This document shows, piece by piece, positions 29,643 to 38,761 of a stretch of DNA of 64,000 nt. This DNA is from Myxococcota bacterium. Lineage in GTDB: Bacteria > Myxococcota_A > UBA9160 > SZUA-336. The notes below the pieces were generated by a model. That model had not been told where the DNA came from. It did no database searches and saw only the letters and a list, made by a program, of their open reading frames with translations. Both the position numbers and the translations under genes were made by a program. The DNA lies in the NCBI GenBank assembly GCA_965247115.1, contig CBDFGR010000003.1, positions 2,016,001 to 2,080,000 on the forward strand. The letters are read 5' to 3'. Within the stretch, counting starts at the first letter, position 1; each line of letters opens with the position of its first letter.

Positions 29643-31019
29643 TCAGTACTTTGCATAGTCGACCAGGAACTCGATCCGGCGGCTCCAGGCTCCGTCCCAG
29701 CACTCCAGGAGATAGCGTCCCGGGCTCGTCCCCCGGTCGATGATCTCGTACAGCGGGTCGAGAAAGATCGACTCGTCGTGGCCGGCGCGGTTGCGATTGT
29801 CCATGCGTTTCAGCGCTTGCGCGGACAGGTCGACCAGCTCCTTCGCCACCGCGAGGATCGGGCCGTCCGGCGTGTCGGCCTTGAGGCCCGCGCGTGTCAC
29901 CTCGGCGTGCAACGCGTCCACCTGGGCATGACTCCACGCGCCGGTCAGAGCCTCTGATCCGGCCAGCGCATCCTCGTCGTAGAACAGGCCCTTCCAGAAC
30001 GCGGGCAGCCCGCACACCAGCTTTGGCGGAACCGCGTCCGCGCCTCGCACCTCGATCACGCGCTTGACGCGCGCCTCCGGAAAGAGCGTGGTGAGGTGAA
30101 TGTGCCAGTCCGCCAGAGATGCGGGCTCGCCCTCGAACCCGCTCGCGAGGAAGTCGCGGAAAGTGCGGCCGCCCGCGGGCAGGTGGCGCTCTTCGCGGAC
30201 GAGGAACAGCATGGGGACGTCGAGCGCCCACTCTGCATAGCTCGCATAGGCCGTTCCCTCGCCCCAACCGTCGTCGAAGACGAACGGAAGGAAGCCGCAG
30301 CGATCGGGGTCGGTGTGCCGCCACACCCAGGCACGTCTCGACTCGAACCCGTTCGGCACACCCTCCGAGACGCTGGAGTTCGCGTAGAGCGCGGTCACGA
30401 CGGGTGAGGCCGCGAGCGCCACACGAAGCTTTCGCGCCATGTCGGCCTCCGAGGCAAAGTCGTAGTTCGCCTGGACGGTGCCGGTACCGTGCATCATCTC
30501 CAGACCGAGCTCGTCGCGCAGGCCAATGTACTCACGCATAACCGCGTAGCGCTGACGCGGCATACGAGGAAGGTCGTCGATCTCAGCGAGCGGATGGATA
30601 CCGAGACCCAGCCAGATGATGCCGAAGCGGGCAGACACCTGCTTCATCAGGGCCACGTGCTCGTTGAACTCGCTGCACGTCTCGTGAAGCGAATGAAGCG
30701 GAGCTCCCGAGAGCTCGAGCTGCCCCCCGGGCTCCAGTGTGATCGACGCGCCGTCGCGCTCGAGACCCACGAGTCGAGCGTCGTCGAGCAGCGGCTCGAA
30801 GCCGTGCTCGTCTCGCAGCACGCTCAAGAGCGCGCGAATGCCGCGCTCTCCACCGTAGGGAACGGGCGCCAGATCGGCCTCGTAGAGGGCGATCTTCTCG
30901 TGCTCGGTACCGACCCGGAATTCCTCGACGGGAGTCTCGGCAGCGCGCATGTACTCGACGAGCTGTGCCGGATCCTCGATCGGGCGCAGCAGCTCCGGAT
31001 CTATTCGCGTCAGGCTCAC
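29643..31019 (-). CDS. gshA: Glutamate--cysteine ligase (plant/alphaproteobacterial GCS2 type)
   Basis: GTEHEK, TLEPGGQLELSGAP, QANYDF, HLTTLFPEAR.K..IEVRGAD. Confidence 0.93.
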   Translation of the reverse strand: MSLTRIDPELLRPIEDPAQLVEYMRAAETPVEEFRVGTEHEKIALYEADLAPVPYGGERGIRALLSVLRDEHGFEPLLDDARLVGLERDGASITLEPGGQLELSGAPLHSLHETCSEFNEHVALMKQVSARFGIIWLGLGIHPLAEIDDLPRMPRQRYAVMREYIGLRDELGLEMMHGTGTVQANYDFASEADMARKLRVALAASPVVTALYANSSVSEGVPNGFESRRAWVWRHTDPDRCGFLPFVFDDGWGEGTAYASYAEWALDVPMLFLVREERHLPAGGRTFRDFLASGFEGEPASLADWHIHLTTLFPEARVKRVIEVRGADAVPPKLVCGLPAFWKGLFYDEDALAGSEALTGAWSHAQVDALHAEVTRAGLKADTPDGPILAVAKELVDLSAQALKRMDNRNRAGHDESIFLDPLYEIIDRGTSPGRYLLECWDGAWSRRIEFLVDYAKY

Positions 31020-31029
31020 TCGAGACCCT

Positions 31030-31455
31030 TCACGCGCTACTGGCCTCGCGAATCAAGCTCTCGATCCTGTCCTGCAGGGCAGCCTCGACCTCCGGTCCTT
31101 GCAAGCCGTGATCCGAGCACGGGTTCTCGCTTTGACCCCGCTTGAACGGACCAACGAGCCGCACCCTGCCTTTCTCCTTGGCCATGATGACGCAGACGAG
31201 CTCCCAGCGTCCGCGTACCAGTTTGAACTGCAAGCAATCCACGTGCTTCTCGTCCGGACTGACGGGAGAGACGTCCAGCCGTGCAAGCGGCTCGGCGCCC
31301 AGCTCGCACGCGCGACGCTTGAACGCCTGCACCGACGCGTGGGCCAGCTCGCGAAGCGTCTCGGCGCCCTCGCGAAGCTCGGACAGTCGCTTGGACAAGT
31401 CCGGTTGGTTGCCGGCCAGCTCGACCGCCAGCTGCTCGAAGCGCTCACTGCTCAC
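31030..31455 (-). CDS. Hypothetical protein
   Basis: Fills the gap upstream of gshA on the same strand; GTG start chosen at 31455. Confidence 0.65.
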   Translation of the reverse strand: MSSERFEQLAVELAGNQPDLSKRLSELREGAETLRELAHASVQAFKRRACELGAEPLARLDVSPVSPDEKHVDCLQFKLVRGRWELVCVIMAKEKGRVRLVGPFKRGQSENPCSDHGLQGPEVEAALQDRIESLIREASSA

Positions 31456-31496
31456 GTACGCAGTGTAAACAATTCCGCTGCTATACTTCGCCCGGC

Positions 31497-32876
31497 GTGA
31501 ACAGGGGAAACTGGGGAATCGCAGTCGGTGCCGGTGTCGCCGTCTCCTGCGCACTGCTCCTCTCGGGTCGCCCGCAGCTCGCTTTCGTAGGACTCCTGCT
31601 CTCCTTCGGGGGTTTCTGCTTCCGCAGTGAGCTCTCGCTCAACTGGCAGATCGCGCTCGGGTCCTTGCTCGGAGTAGCCTCCGGACTCTGGCTCGGCGAG
31701 GCGGCCGCCGTCATGGGCACGCTCGGCAGGATCTTCATCTCCGCGCTCAAGATGCTGATCGTCCCCATGGTGCTGCTGTCGATCGTATTCGGCATCTCGC
31801 GCATGGGCGACGCCCGCGAGCTAGGACGCATGGGAGCGCGGACCGTCGTCCTCTATCTCGTCACGATGGCCTTGGCCGTGGTCACGGGCCTGGTGCTCGT
31901 GAACCTGATACGACCGGGCGCCGGCAGTGACCTCTTGCATACGGAGTTCTTTCAGCAGGCGGTCGGCGCCAGCGCGAGCTCCATCGAGCACGTGCGTCCC
32001 CTTGGCGAGTTTCTGCTGCTCACCGTGTACGACGTGCTCGCGAATCCCTTCGCCTCCAGTGCGGAGGGCAAGATCCTGCCGATCGTGGTGTTCGCGATCA
32101 TGCTCGGTATAGCACTCCTCCAGCTCGGGTCTGCGGCGCAGCCGCTGGTGAGCGCGCTCGGGAGCGGATACGCCGCGATCATGCGCATCATCGGGTGGGT
32201 CATCCGGCTCGCGCCCATGGGGATCGCTGCGCTGCTCGGGAACCTGATCGCGACGATCGGCTTTCGCGATCTCGTGGAGAACCTGCTCTCGTTCTCGTTG
32301 GTGGTGATCTCCGGTACGCTGCTCCATGCCGCCGTGACCCTCCCCCTCGTAGCGCTCTTCGTGGCGAAGGTCCCCCCCATGCGCCTCTTCCGGGGCATTC
32401 GCGAGGCCCTGGCCGTTGCCTTTACCACGAGCTCGAGCATCGCGACGCTGCCTGTGACCACGCGCTGCATCGAGACGAACCTCGACGTTCCTCCTCGTGT
32501 GGCGAGCTTTGTCCTGCCCCTCGGTGCGACCGTAAACATGGACGGCACCGCACTCTACGAGGCGATGGCGGCCGTGTTCGTCGCAACGATCTACGGCATC
32601 GAGCTCTCGCTGGGCTCGCAGCTCGTGATCGTCTTCGTAGCGATGGCCACGGCGATTGGCGCACCAGGAATCCCCTCCGCGGGAATGGTCACCATGGTCG
32701 CCGTACTCGAGTCGGTCGGGCTCCCGGTCGAAGCCGTTGGGATCCTGCTCGCGATCGATCGTTTCCTCGACACCTTCCGCACCGTGGCCAACGTGGAGGG
32801 CGATGCGGTCGTCGCGATCTGTGTCGCGCACATGCCCGCAGCGGAAGTCCGAGATCCAGGCGCAAGCCCCGCCTGA
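31497..32876 (+). CDS. Dicarboxylate/amino acid:cation symporter (DAACS)
   Basis: LKMLIVP, AFTTSSSIATLP, GATVNMDGTALY, DRFLDTFRT..NVEGD. Confidence 0.94.
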   Translation: MNRGNWGIAVGAGVAVSCALLLSGRPQLAFVGLLLSFGGFCFRSELSLNWQIALGSLLGVASGLWLGEAAAVMGTLGRIFISALKMLIVPMVLLSIVFGISRMGDARELGRMGARTVVLYLVTMALAVVTGLVLVNLIRPGAGSDLLHTEFFQQAVGASASSIEHVRPLGEFLLLTVYDVLANPFASSAEGKILPIVVFAIMLGIALLQLGSAAQPLVSALGSGYAAIMRIIGWVIRLAPMGIAALLGNLIATIGFRDLVENLLSFSLVVISGTLLHAAVTLPLVALFVAKVPPMRLFRGIREALAVAFTTSSSIATLPVTTRCIETNLDVPPRVASFVLPLGATVNMDGTALYEAMAAVFVATIYGIELSLGSQLVIVFVAMATAIGAPGIPSAGMVTMVAVLESVGLPVEAVGILLAIDRFLDTFRTVANVEGDAVVAICVAHMPAAEVRDPGASPA

Positions 32877-32888
32877 GCGAGGGCCCGT

Positions 32889-34277
32889 TTACATGGCGGC
32901 TTCGAGTACCAGCGACGGGGAGGCCTGGCGCAGCTCCGCCAGGCGTTGCTCTTTGACCTCGTCGAAGCGGACGCGCTCGTGCTCGGAGATCGGGCCGCCC
33001 TTGGGGAACTTCACCTTGAGTGGATCGACGAACCGACCTCCGATACGGAGGCGATAGTCGAGGTGCGGGGCGGTGGCGAGTCCCGTCGAGCCGACGAAGC
33101 CGATCACCTGCTTCTGGTGCACTCGCTGTCTTTTCTTGAGGGACTTCGCGTAGCGAGAGAGGTGACCGTAGTAGGAGACGTAGCCGTTGTTGTGGCGCAC
33201 CTTGATCAGTCGACCGAAGCCACCGCTGCGGCCCATGAAGGTGACCTCGCCGTCGGCCACGGCCCAGACGGGCGTGCCTACCGGCGCGGCGTAGTCCACG
33301 CCTTCGTGCGGGCGCCGAACCTTGAGGATCGGGTGCAGACGTGACTTCGAGTAGCGCGAGCTGATCCGGGTATAGCTGACCGGAGCGCGCAGGAAGGTGC
33401 GCCGTAGCGAGTTGCCTTCCGGTGTGAAGTAGCCCGCACGACCCTCGCCGTCTTCGAACAGGAGCGCGACGAACTCCCTGGCCGACGCCTGGTACTCTGC
33501 GGCCAGGATCCGTCCGTACTGCACGAATCCCTCTCTGTCATAGAACTTCTCGAACACCAGCCGGAACTCGTCTCCAGGCCTGGTCTCGGTCGAGAAGTCG
33601 ACGTCCCAGACGAACAGATCAGCAAAGCCCTGAACGAGATCGGAGCGCTCGCCGAGGCCGCGCAGCGCCTCCGACAGCGAGCGGTCGATCATTCCGCCGA
33701 GCTGTACCACGCGACGCTCGAGAGGCGCCTCGTTCTTGCTCGCTACGAGTCCTCCCTCACCGGGCTCGACCCGGTAGATGGTGCGTCGGCCGCGATGATA
33801 TTCGAATGAAAGGAGCTGACCCGTTCCACCCTGAATGAGGGAATAGAAGTCGCGGGGCTGCGCACCACGAAAGTCGAAGAGAGGCCGGATCGTGCTCGCG
33901 ATCCCGTAGACCAGCTGCGACGACACCCCGTTCGCGATCAGGGCACCCGACAGGGTCCCCCCCTGGGGCACACGGCCAGTAACAACGTTCAGTGTAGGGA
34001 CCGGCGGGGTGGGCTCGCGCGGCGCGGGCGGCGGGGAGGGAGCAGCCACGTCTGGCAGCGCTGCGGCCGACGCCACCCGAACCCCCACTGCCGCCTCGGC
34101 GACGTTCGGGGAGCTCCGCTCGGGGCTCGTTCCACCCTGAAAGGCGGAGTAGGAGAGGACCGCGCAGAGCGCGAACCAAGCGACTGCGCTCCATGTGCGG
34201 CGTCTGTTCCGGCGGAGGTGCAGCCGAACGGCCCACGCGGGAATCCCGTCGTGAAGCTGCGAGCTCGTCCCCCTCAT
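32889..34277 (-). CDS. M23 peptidoglycan DD-endopeptidase (MepM-like)
   Basis: N-terminal TM segment, HEGVDYAAP.GTP, YGHLS, VGSTGLATAPHL; start approximate. Confidence 0.9.
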   Translation of the reverse strand: MRGTSSQLHDGIPAWAVRLHLRRNRRRTWSAVAWFALCAVLSYSAFQGGTSPERSSPNVAEAAVGVRVASAAALPDVAAPSPPPAPREPTPPVPTLNVVTGRVPQGGTLSGALIANGVSSQLVYGIASTIRPLFDFRGAQPRDFYSLIQGGTGQLLSFEYHRGRRTIYRVEPGEGGLVASKNEAPLERRVVQLGGMIDRSLSEALRGLGERSDLVQGFADLFVWDVDFSTETRPGDEFRLVFEKFYDREGFVQYGRILAAEYQASAREFVALLFEDGEGRAGYFTPEGNSLRRTFLRAPVSYTRISSRYSKSRLHPILKVRRPHEGVDYAAPVGTPVWAVADGEVTFMGRSGGFGRLIKVRHNNGYVSYYGHLSRYAKSLKKRQRVHQKQVIGFVGSTGLATAPHLDYRLRIGGRFVDPLKVKFPKGGPISEHERVRFDEVKEQRLAELRQASPSLVLEAAM

Positions 34278-34337
34278 CCTCTCTCCTCGCATCCAAAGCC
34301 ACAAGTGCAGCCGGGTGGCGACTATCAATGACCTATA

Positions 34338-35756
34338 GTGAAATTCGTGGCAAGCCCAATTCTGGCAGGCGCGGCCCGGGTCGAGATCACGCCGCGGCCC
34401 GGAGTGGAGCTCATGGGGTACGGAGCCCGGCGCGGAGGGGCTGCAGCCGTGCACGATCCGCTCTTTGCACGGGCCCTCTGCCTGGCCCCGGATTCACCGA
34501 AAACTGCTGGGATTGCGCTGGTTTCGGCCGATCTTTGCCTGTTGGATCCGCGCCAGGCCGAATCCGTGCGCGAGCGCATCTCGGCCGGCTCGGGCCTGCC
34601 TCGGGAGCGGATTCTCGTCCAGTGCACGCACACCCACTCCGGTCCCGAGACAGGGCTGCAGGCGCTGAACACGAGCCGACCGCTGCCTGCCCACGTGGCT
34701 GGCATCCTGGACGGCCTCGGCAGAGCGGGACTGCAGGCCTGCGCCGCGCTGGCCCCCGCGAGCCTGCGCTGGTGCAGCTCTGAGGTACGGATTGGGCGGA
34801 ATCGAAGCCTGGAAGACGGGGCACTCGACCCGGCCCTTCACGTGCTGGACGTACGGACGGCAGCTCGAGACCCACTGGCCACGCTCTACCACTACGCGTG
34901 TCACCCAACGGTGCTGGGGCACGACAACCTCGAGATCTCGGCGGATTGGCCCGGTGTCGCGAGCGCGAGGCTAGAGCGCGAGACGGGAGCGGTTGCGCTG
35001 TTCATGCTGGGCGCCCACGCCGACATTGATCCGCGGACGCGTGGGCTGAAGGATATCTGCATTCCGGGCCAGAGCGTGGGACTCGGGTTCGATGCCGTGC
35101 GCGTGCTCGGAGAAGAGGTCGCAGGCGCCGCGCTCGAGGCGCTCGAGCAGGACGGTGGCGCTGCGCGTGAGGCCTTTCTCGGAGCTGCGAGCTGCCGGGT
35201 TCCCCTGCCCCTTCACTTGGGTGATCGCAGCGCCGACGCGACGCGCATCGAGCTCGAGCGCCGCAAGCGCCAGCTCGCCGATCTGCTGGGCGTGACTCCA
35301 CAAGAGCTCCCCCGACTCTCGGAGCTCGACCATCACGTGTCCAAGCGCGTTCGAGACCTGCCAGTCGCCGAGGCACGCGAGCAGATCGCGCGGGCTCGCC
35401 TTTACGTTCGCGACAAGACGGCGCCCTTCTTCGCCTCCGGCCAACGCGAGATCAAGGTCGAGGTCCAGGTCCTCCGCGTTGGCTCAACGGCCATCCTCGC
35501 CCTGCCAGTCGAGCCGACGACAGAGGTCGGGCTCGACTGGCGCCGCCGCACCAGTGGAAAGGCGATCGGTAAGGTCGCGGGCATCGCGAACGGCTGGCTG
35601 CGCTACCTGCCGCACCCGACAGACCTGGGCCACCCGCGGGCTCACCAACGCTACGAAGTGCTCTCGAGCATCCTCGCCCCCGGCGCATGCGAAGCCCTCC
35701 TCGACGCCGGCGAGCAGCTCCTCACACAAATCGACACCGCCCCCAAACCGCACTAG
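34338..35756 (+). CDS. Neutral/alkaline ceramidase N-terminal-domain protein
   Basis: EITP..MGY..R..HDPL.ARAL, THTHSGP, YACHPT, ISADWPG. Confidence 0.8.
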   Translation: MKFVASPILAGAARVEITPRPGVELMGYGARRGGAAAVHDPLFARALCLAPDSPKTAGIALVSADLCLLDPRQAESVRERISAGSGLPRERILVQCTHTHSGPETGLQALNTSRPLPAHVAGILDGLGRAGLQACAALAPASLRWCSSEVRIGRNRSLEDGALDPALHVLDVRTAARDPLATLYHYACHPTVLGHDNLEISADWPGVASARLERETGAVALFMLGAHADIDPRTRGLKDICIPGQSVGLGFDAVRVLGEEVAGAALEALEQDGGAAREAFLGAASCRVPLPLHLGDRSADATRIELERRKRQLADLLGVTPQELPRLSELDHHVSKRVRDLPVAEAREQIARARLYVRDKTAPFFASGQREIKVEVQVLRVGSTAILALPVEPTTEVGLDWRRRTSGKAIGKVAGIANGWLRYLPHPTDLGHPRAHQRYEVLSSILAPGACEALLDAGEQLLTQIDTAPKPH

Positions 35757-35770
35757 CAGCCGAGCCCGCT

Positions 35771-37081
35771 TCAGCGACCAGAAGTTCCGACCAGCTCTTG
35801 AATCGCCTGGTGGATGAAGTCGAAGAGGGGCTCGATCTGATCCTCGTCCAGGCAGGAGAACGCGACTCGGATGTCGCTCTCGCCCAGCGAGATCAGGCCG
35901 ATGCCGTATTTGTCCAGCAGGTGCAGGCGCAGGCGCTCCGAATCCACACCCTTTGCCCGCAGGCACATGAAGTAGCCCGCGTTGAAGGGGTAGACCTGCC
36001 AGCTGTCGGCGTAGACGTCGCGCGAGACGACCTCGGCGACTTTCGCCGCTCGGGCCTTCAGGATCTCGAGCTTCTCTGCCCTCTGTGCGGGGGTTGTCGG
36101 GTCCTCGAGTGCAGCGAGCACCAGACTCTGGGAGAGATGAGAGCAGTTCGAAATGCCGCCACGGATCGCGCCCATGGTCTTTCGCTCCAGCGCGCCCAGA
36201 ATCAGCTCAGGCTCGGCACAGGGTGGCGGCGCGAAGGTCAGGAAGCCGCAGCGGAGACCCCAGACGAACAGCTCCTTCGTCGCGCCATCCAGCTTTATCG
36301 ACAGCACATTTCGGTGTACGTTCGCGAGCAGGCCGAAGGGCGACTCGTCGAGGGCCAGCTCGGAGAAGACGAGCCCGTAATAGGCGTCGTCGAAGATCAC
36401 GACGAGCTTCTTGCCCGCCTCCGCAGCGTCGACCACGGCGGCACAAATTCCCTCGACCTCGGTGCGAGTAGGCATGTAGCCCGTTGGGTTGTTCGGGAAG
36501 TTCAGCAGCAGCAGGGTCTTCTCGGGCCCGGCGCGCAACGCCTCGGCGAGCCCCCCCACGTTGAAGCCGCTCCCCGCGTACGTGGGGAAGGTCTCCACGC
36601 ACGCACCGAGCCTGACCTCGTAGGTAAGTCGATAGTTCCCCCAGAGCTTGTCTGACAGCAGGATGCGGTCCCCCTCGTCGACGAACAGGTCGCCTACCAG
36701 GCTCAGGCCATGGGTGATGGCGCTCGTCACGATGGGAAGTCCGAGAACGCTGCTCCGGAGCAGGGGATTCTCGCGCAGCAGCTTCTCCCGCCAGGCTCTG
36801 CGAAGCTCGGGTTTGCCCGCTACAGGCGCGTAGCGAACGGCGTCAGCCGCGTCGATCTGATGCAGGTGCGAGAGGATCGAGTCCAGCGCCATCGGCTCGT
36901 CCCCCTCGGTGGCCTCGCCGATCGTGGCGTTGTACAGGTGCGCCTTCTCGTTCGCCTCGGCCGTCTGCGAGAGGATGCCCCGCGGAAAGTAGAGCTCCTT
37001 CCCACGCCGAGACAGAAGTGCGTACGTCTCGGGACTCTGCGACTGAATCTGCTCGTTCAGCTCGGTCGCCAGGGGGTTCAT
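35771..37081 (-). CDS. PLP-dependent class I/II aminotransferase
   Basis: NATIG, NFPNNPTGY, DDAY, DGATKE..WGLR.GF. Confidence 0.9.
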   Translation of the reverse strand: MNPLATELNEQIQSQSPETYALLSRRGKELYFPRGILSQTAEANEKAHLYNATIGEATEGDEPMALDSILSHLHQIDAADAVRYAPVAGKPELRRAWREKLLRENPLLRSSVLGLPIVTSAITHGLSLVGDLFVDEGDRILLSDKLWGNYRLTYEVRLGACVETFPTYAGSGFNVGGLAEALRAGPEKTLLLLNFPNNPTGYMPTRTEVEGICAAVVDAAEAGKKLVVIFDDAYYGLVFSELALDESPFGLLANVHRNVLSIKLDGATKELFVWGLRCGFLTFAPPPCAEPELILGALERKTMGAIRGGISNCSHLSQSLVLAALEDPTTPAQRAEKLEILKARAAKVAEVVSRDVYADSWQVYPFNAGYFMCLRAKGVDSERLRLHLLDKYGIGLISLGESDIRVAFSCLDEDQIEPLFDFIHQAIQELVGTSGR

Positions 37082-37146
37082 GGCAGGCGCAAAAGTAGCG
37101 TTACCTGCCGGTCTCGCACGCCGTCGGAGGGCGGGGTTTGGGGGAG

Positions 37147-37623
37147 CTAGATCTTTTCCAGTATGCGGGCGCGGTCGATGAAGTTGCGGCGCTGCCAGAA
37201 GCGTAGACCGTCCTCGTTGCCGCTCTCCACGCGGACGGCAATTCGTCCGCCGCCACGCCTCTCGAGGAACTTCTCTGCAGCCTCGACCAGAGCGGAGCCC
37301 ACGCCGCTATCGCGCTCCTCAGGCACGACGTAGAGCTCGTGGATCCAGGACGAGCCCGGACCGCTCGCTTCGCGGGTCTCCACGCGCTCGACCTCCGCGA
37401 AGGCGAATCCCACGAGGGCGTCGTCGAGCTCAGCAACGAGCAGGCGGCAAAGCCCCCCGAGCAGGCCCCTCTTGACCTCCTCGCCCAGCGCCTCGCGAAT
37501 TCCAGGCACGACCGGATACAGCGGGTCGAGTGCGCGGTGGTAATCGATGAGCGCCAGCCAGAGATCGAGGATCGCCTCTCGATCGCGCGGCCTGGCGGGA
37601 CGTATTGCGAGCGGGGCCGCCAT
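37147..37623 (-). CDS. GNAT family acetyltransferase
   Basis: IHELYVVPEERDSGVGSAL, N..GLRFW. Confidence 0.85.
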   Translation of the reverse strand: MAAPLAIRPARPRDREAILDLWLALIDYHRALDPLYPVVPGIREALGEEVKRGLLGGLCRLLVAELDDALVGFAFAEVERVETREASGPGSSWIHELYVVPEERDSGVGSALVEAAEKFLERRGGGRIAVRVESGNEDGLRFWQRRNFIDRARILEKI

Positions 37624-37644
37624 CAGAGCGAGTATATCGAGGAA

Positions 37645-38649
37645 CTACCCAACCCCTGGCCCAAGGACACGCGAGAGCTCGTCGCGCTCATAGCGCTCGA
37701 GCACTTCGCCGTCGGAAAAGACGACGCCGGCGCCTTCCCGCGCCGTAGCAATCGCGCGGACGCTGTAGCCCTCCGCCAGAAGAGCACGGCTGGCGGGCTC
37801 GGCGTCCAGCGTCGAGAACGCGGCCAGCAATGTGCCGGAGGCCAGGGTCCCCCAGGGGTCCGCCCCGAGCGCAGCGCAGAGCGCGGTGCCGGGCTCGAAC
37901 CACAACACGCCGTCCGGAGAGAGCACGAGCTTCACGCCGGACGCCTCTGCGAGCTCGTGCAGCCCCGCGGAGAGTCCACCCTCGGTGGGATCGTGCAGGG
38001 CTGTGGCACCGAGGGCCGCCGCGCGCAGAGCCGGCTTCACCACGAGGATGCCGGGCTCTCGGAGCGCGTTCCGGGCTCGCTCGAGGAGCTCGCCGTCCAC
38101 GCTCCCCAGGCGATCCGCGGCCTCCGCTACCAGTACCGCTGCGCCCTCGACAGGCGCCTCGCCGATCTGGAGCACCACGTCTCCCGTGCGCGCCCCGGAC
38201 GTGCAAACGAAGGCGCCGCGCTCGCAGAGGCCCAGCATCTGCCCGACCACGACGGGCTGCGTGACGGCCGCCGTGACCTCCGTGTGCCCACCCACGAGTT
38301 CAGCACCCAGGTCGGCGAGGGCGTCCCGGATCCCGTCGAAGACCACCCGCACGTCTGCGTCTTCGCTGCCGATCGGCAGCAGGATCGTCGCCAGAAACCA
38401 GCGCGGCCGCGCGCCCATCACCGCGACGTCGTTCGCGTTGATGTTCACCGCGTACGCACCCACCTCGCCTCCGGTGAGCGTGATGGGATCGGTGGCCGCG
38501 ATCAGTACACCCTCCGGCACTTCGATCGCGCACGCGTCCTCTCCCGGAGCCGGACCGACCAGCACCTCGCTCGAGGCCGCGGGCCCCGACGACAGCAGCT
38601 CGCGCATGAGCGCGGCAGGAAGCTTGCCCGCCTGGAGAGTCACAGGCAC
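37645..38649 (-). CDS. AIR-synthase-related (PurM/HypE-fold) protein
   Basis: GKL, GEDA, TDPIT, NANDVA..GA.P, GGHTE, HDPTEGG. Confidence 0.85.
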   Translation of the reverse strand: MPVTLQAGKLPAALMRELLSSGPAASSEVLVGPAPGEDACAIEVPEGVLIAATDPITLTGGEVGAYAVNINANDVAVMGARPRWFLATILLPIGSEDADVRVVFDGIRDALADLGAELVGGHTEVTAAVTQPVVVGQMLGLCERGAFVCTSGARTGDVVLQIGEAPVEGAAVLVAEAADRLGSVDGELLERARNALREPGILVVKPALRAAALGATALHDPTEGGLSAGLHELAEASGVKLVLSPDGVLWFEPGTALCAALGADPWGTLASGTLLAAFSTLDAEPASRALLAEGYSVRAIATAREGAGVVFSDGEVLERYERDELSRVLGPGVG

Positions 38650-38761
38650 AGAGGTACCTCCGCGGATCTGCGAATGCCACGGCCTGTTACACTGGCGAGA
38701 GATTTGCTTCTACCGGGACCGCCCCGCGCGCGTCGCGGACCCGAGCCGAAGGCCACCGGAA

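Noticed and set aside
37645..38649. AIR-synthase-fold protein as SelD (given selA in the window)
   Set aside because: It lacks the N-terminal Cys/Sec-x-x-Lys motif of SelD and is 18 kb from selA.
37832..38761. 310-aa N-terminal extension of the signalling ORF (931 aa in the track)
   Set aside because: It is antisense to the AIR-synthase-like gene and low in complexity; ATG 38762 is the plausible start.
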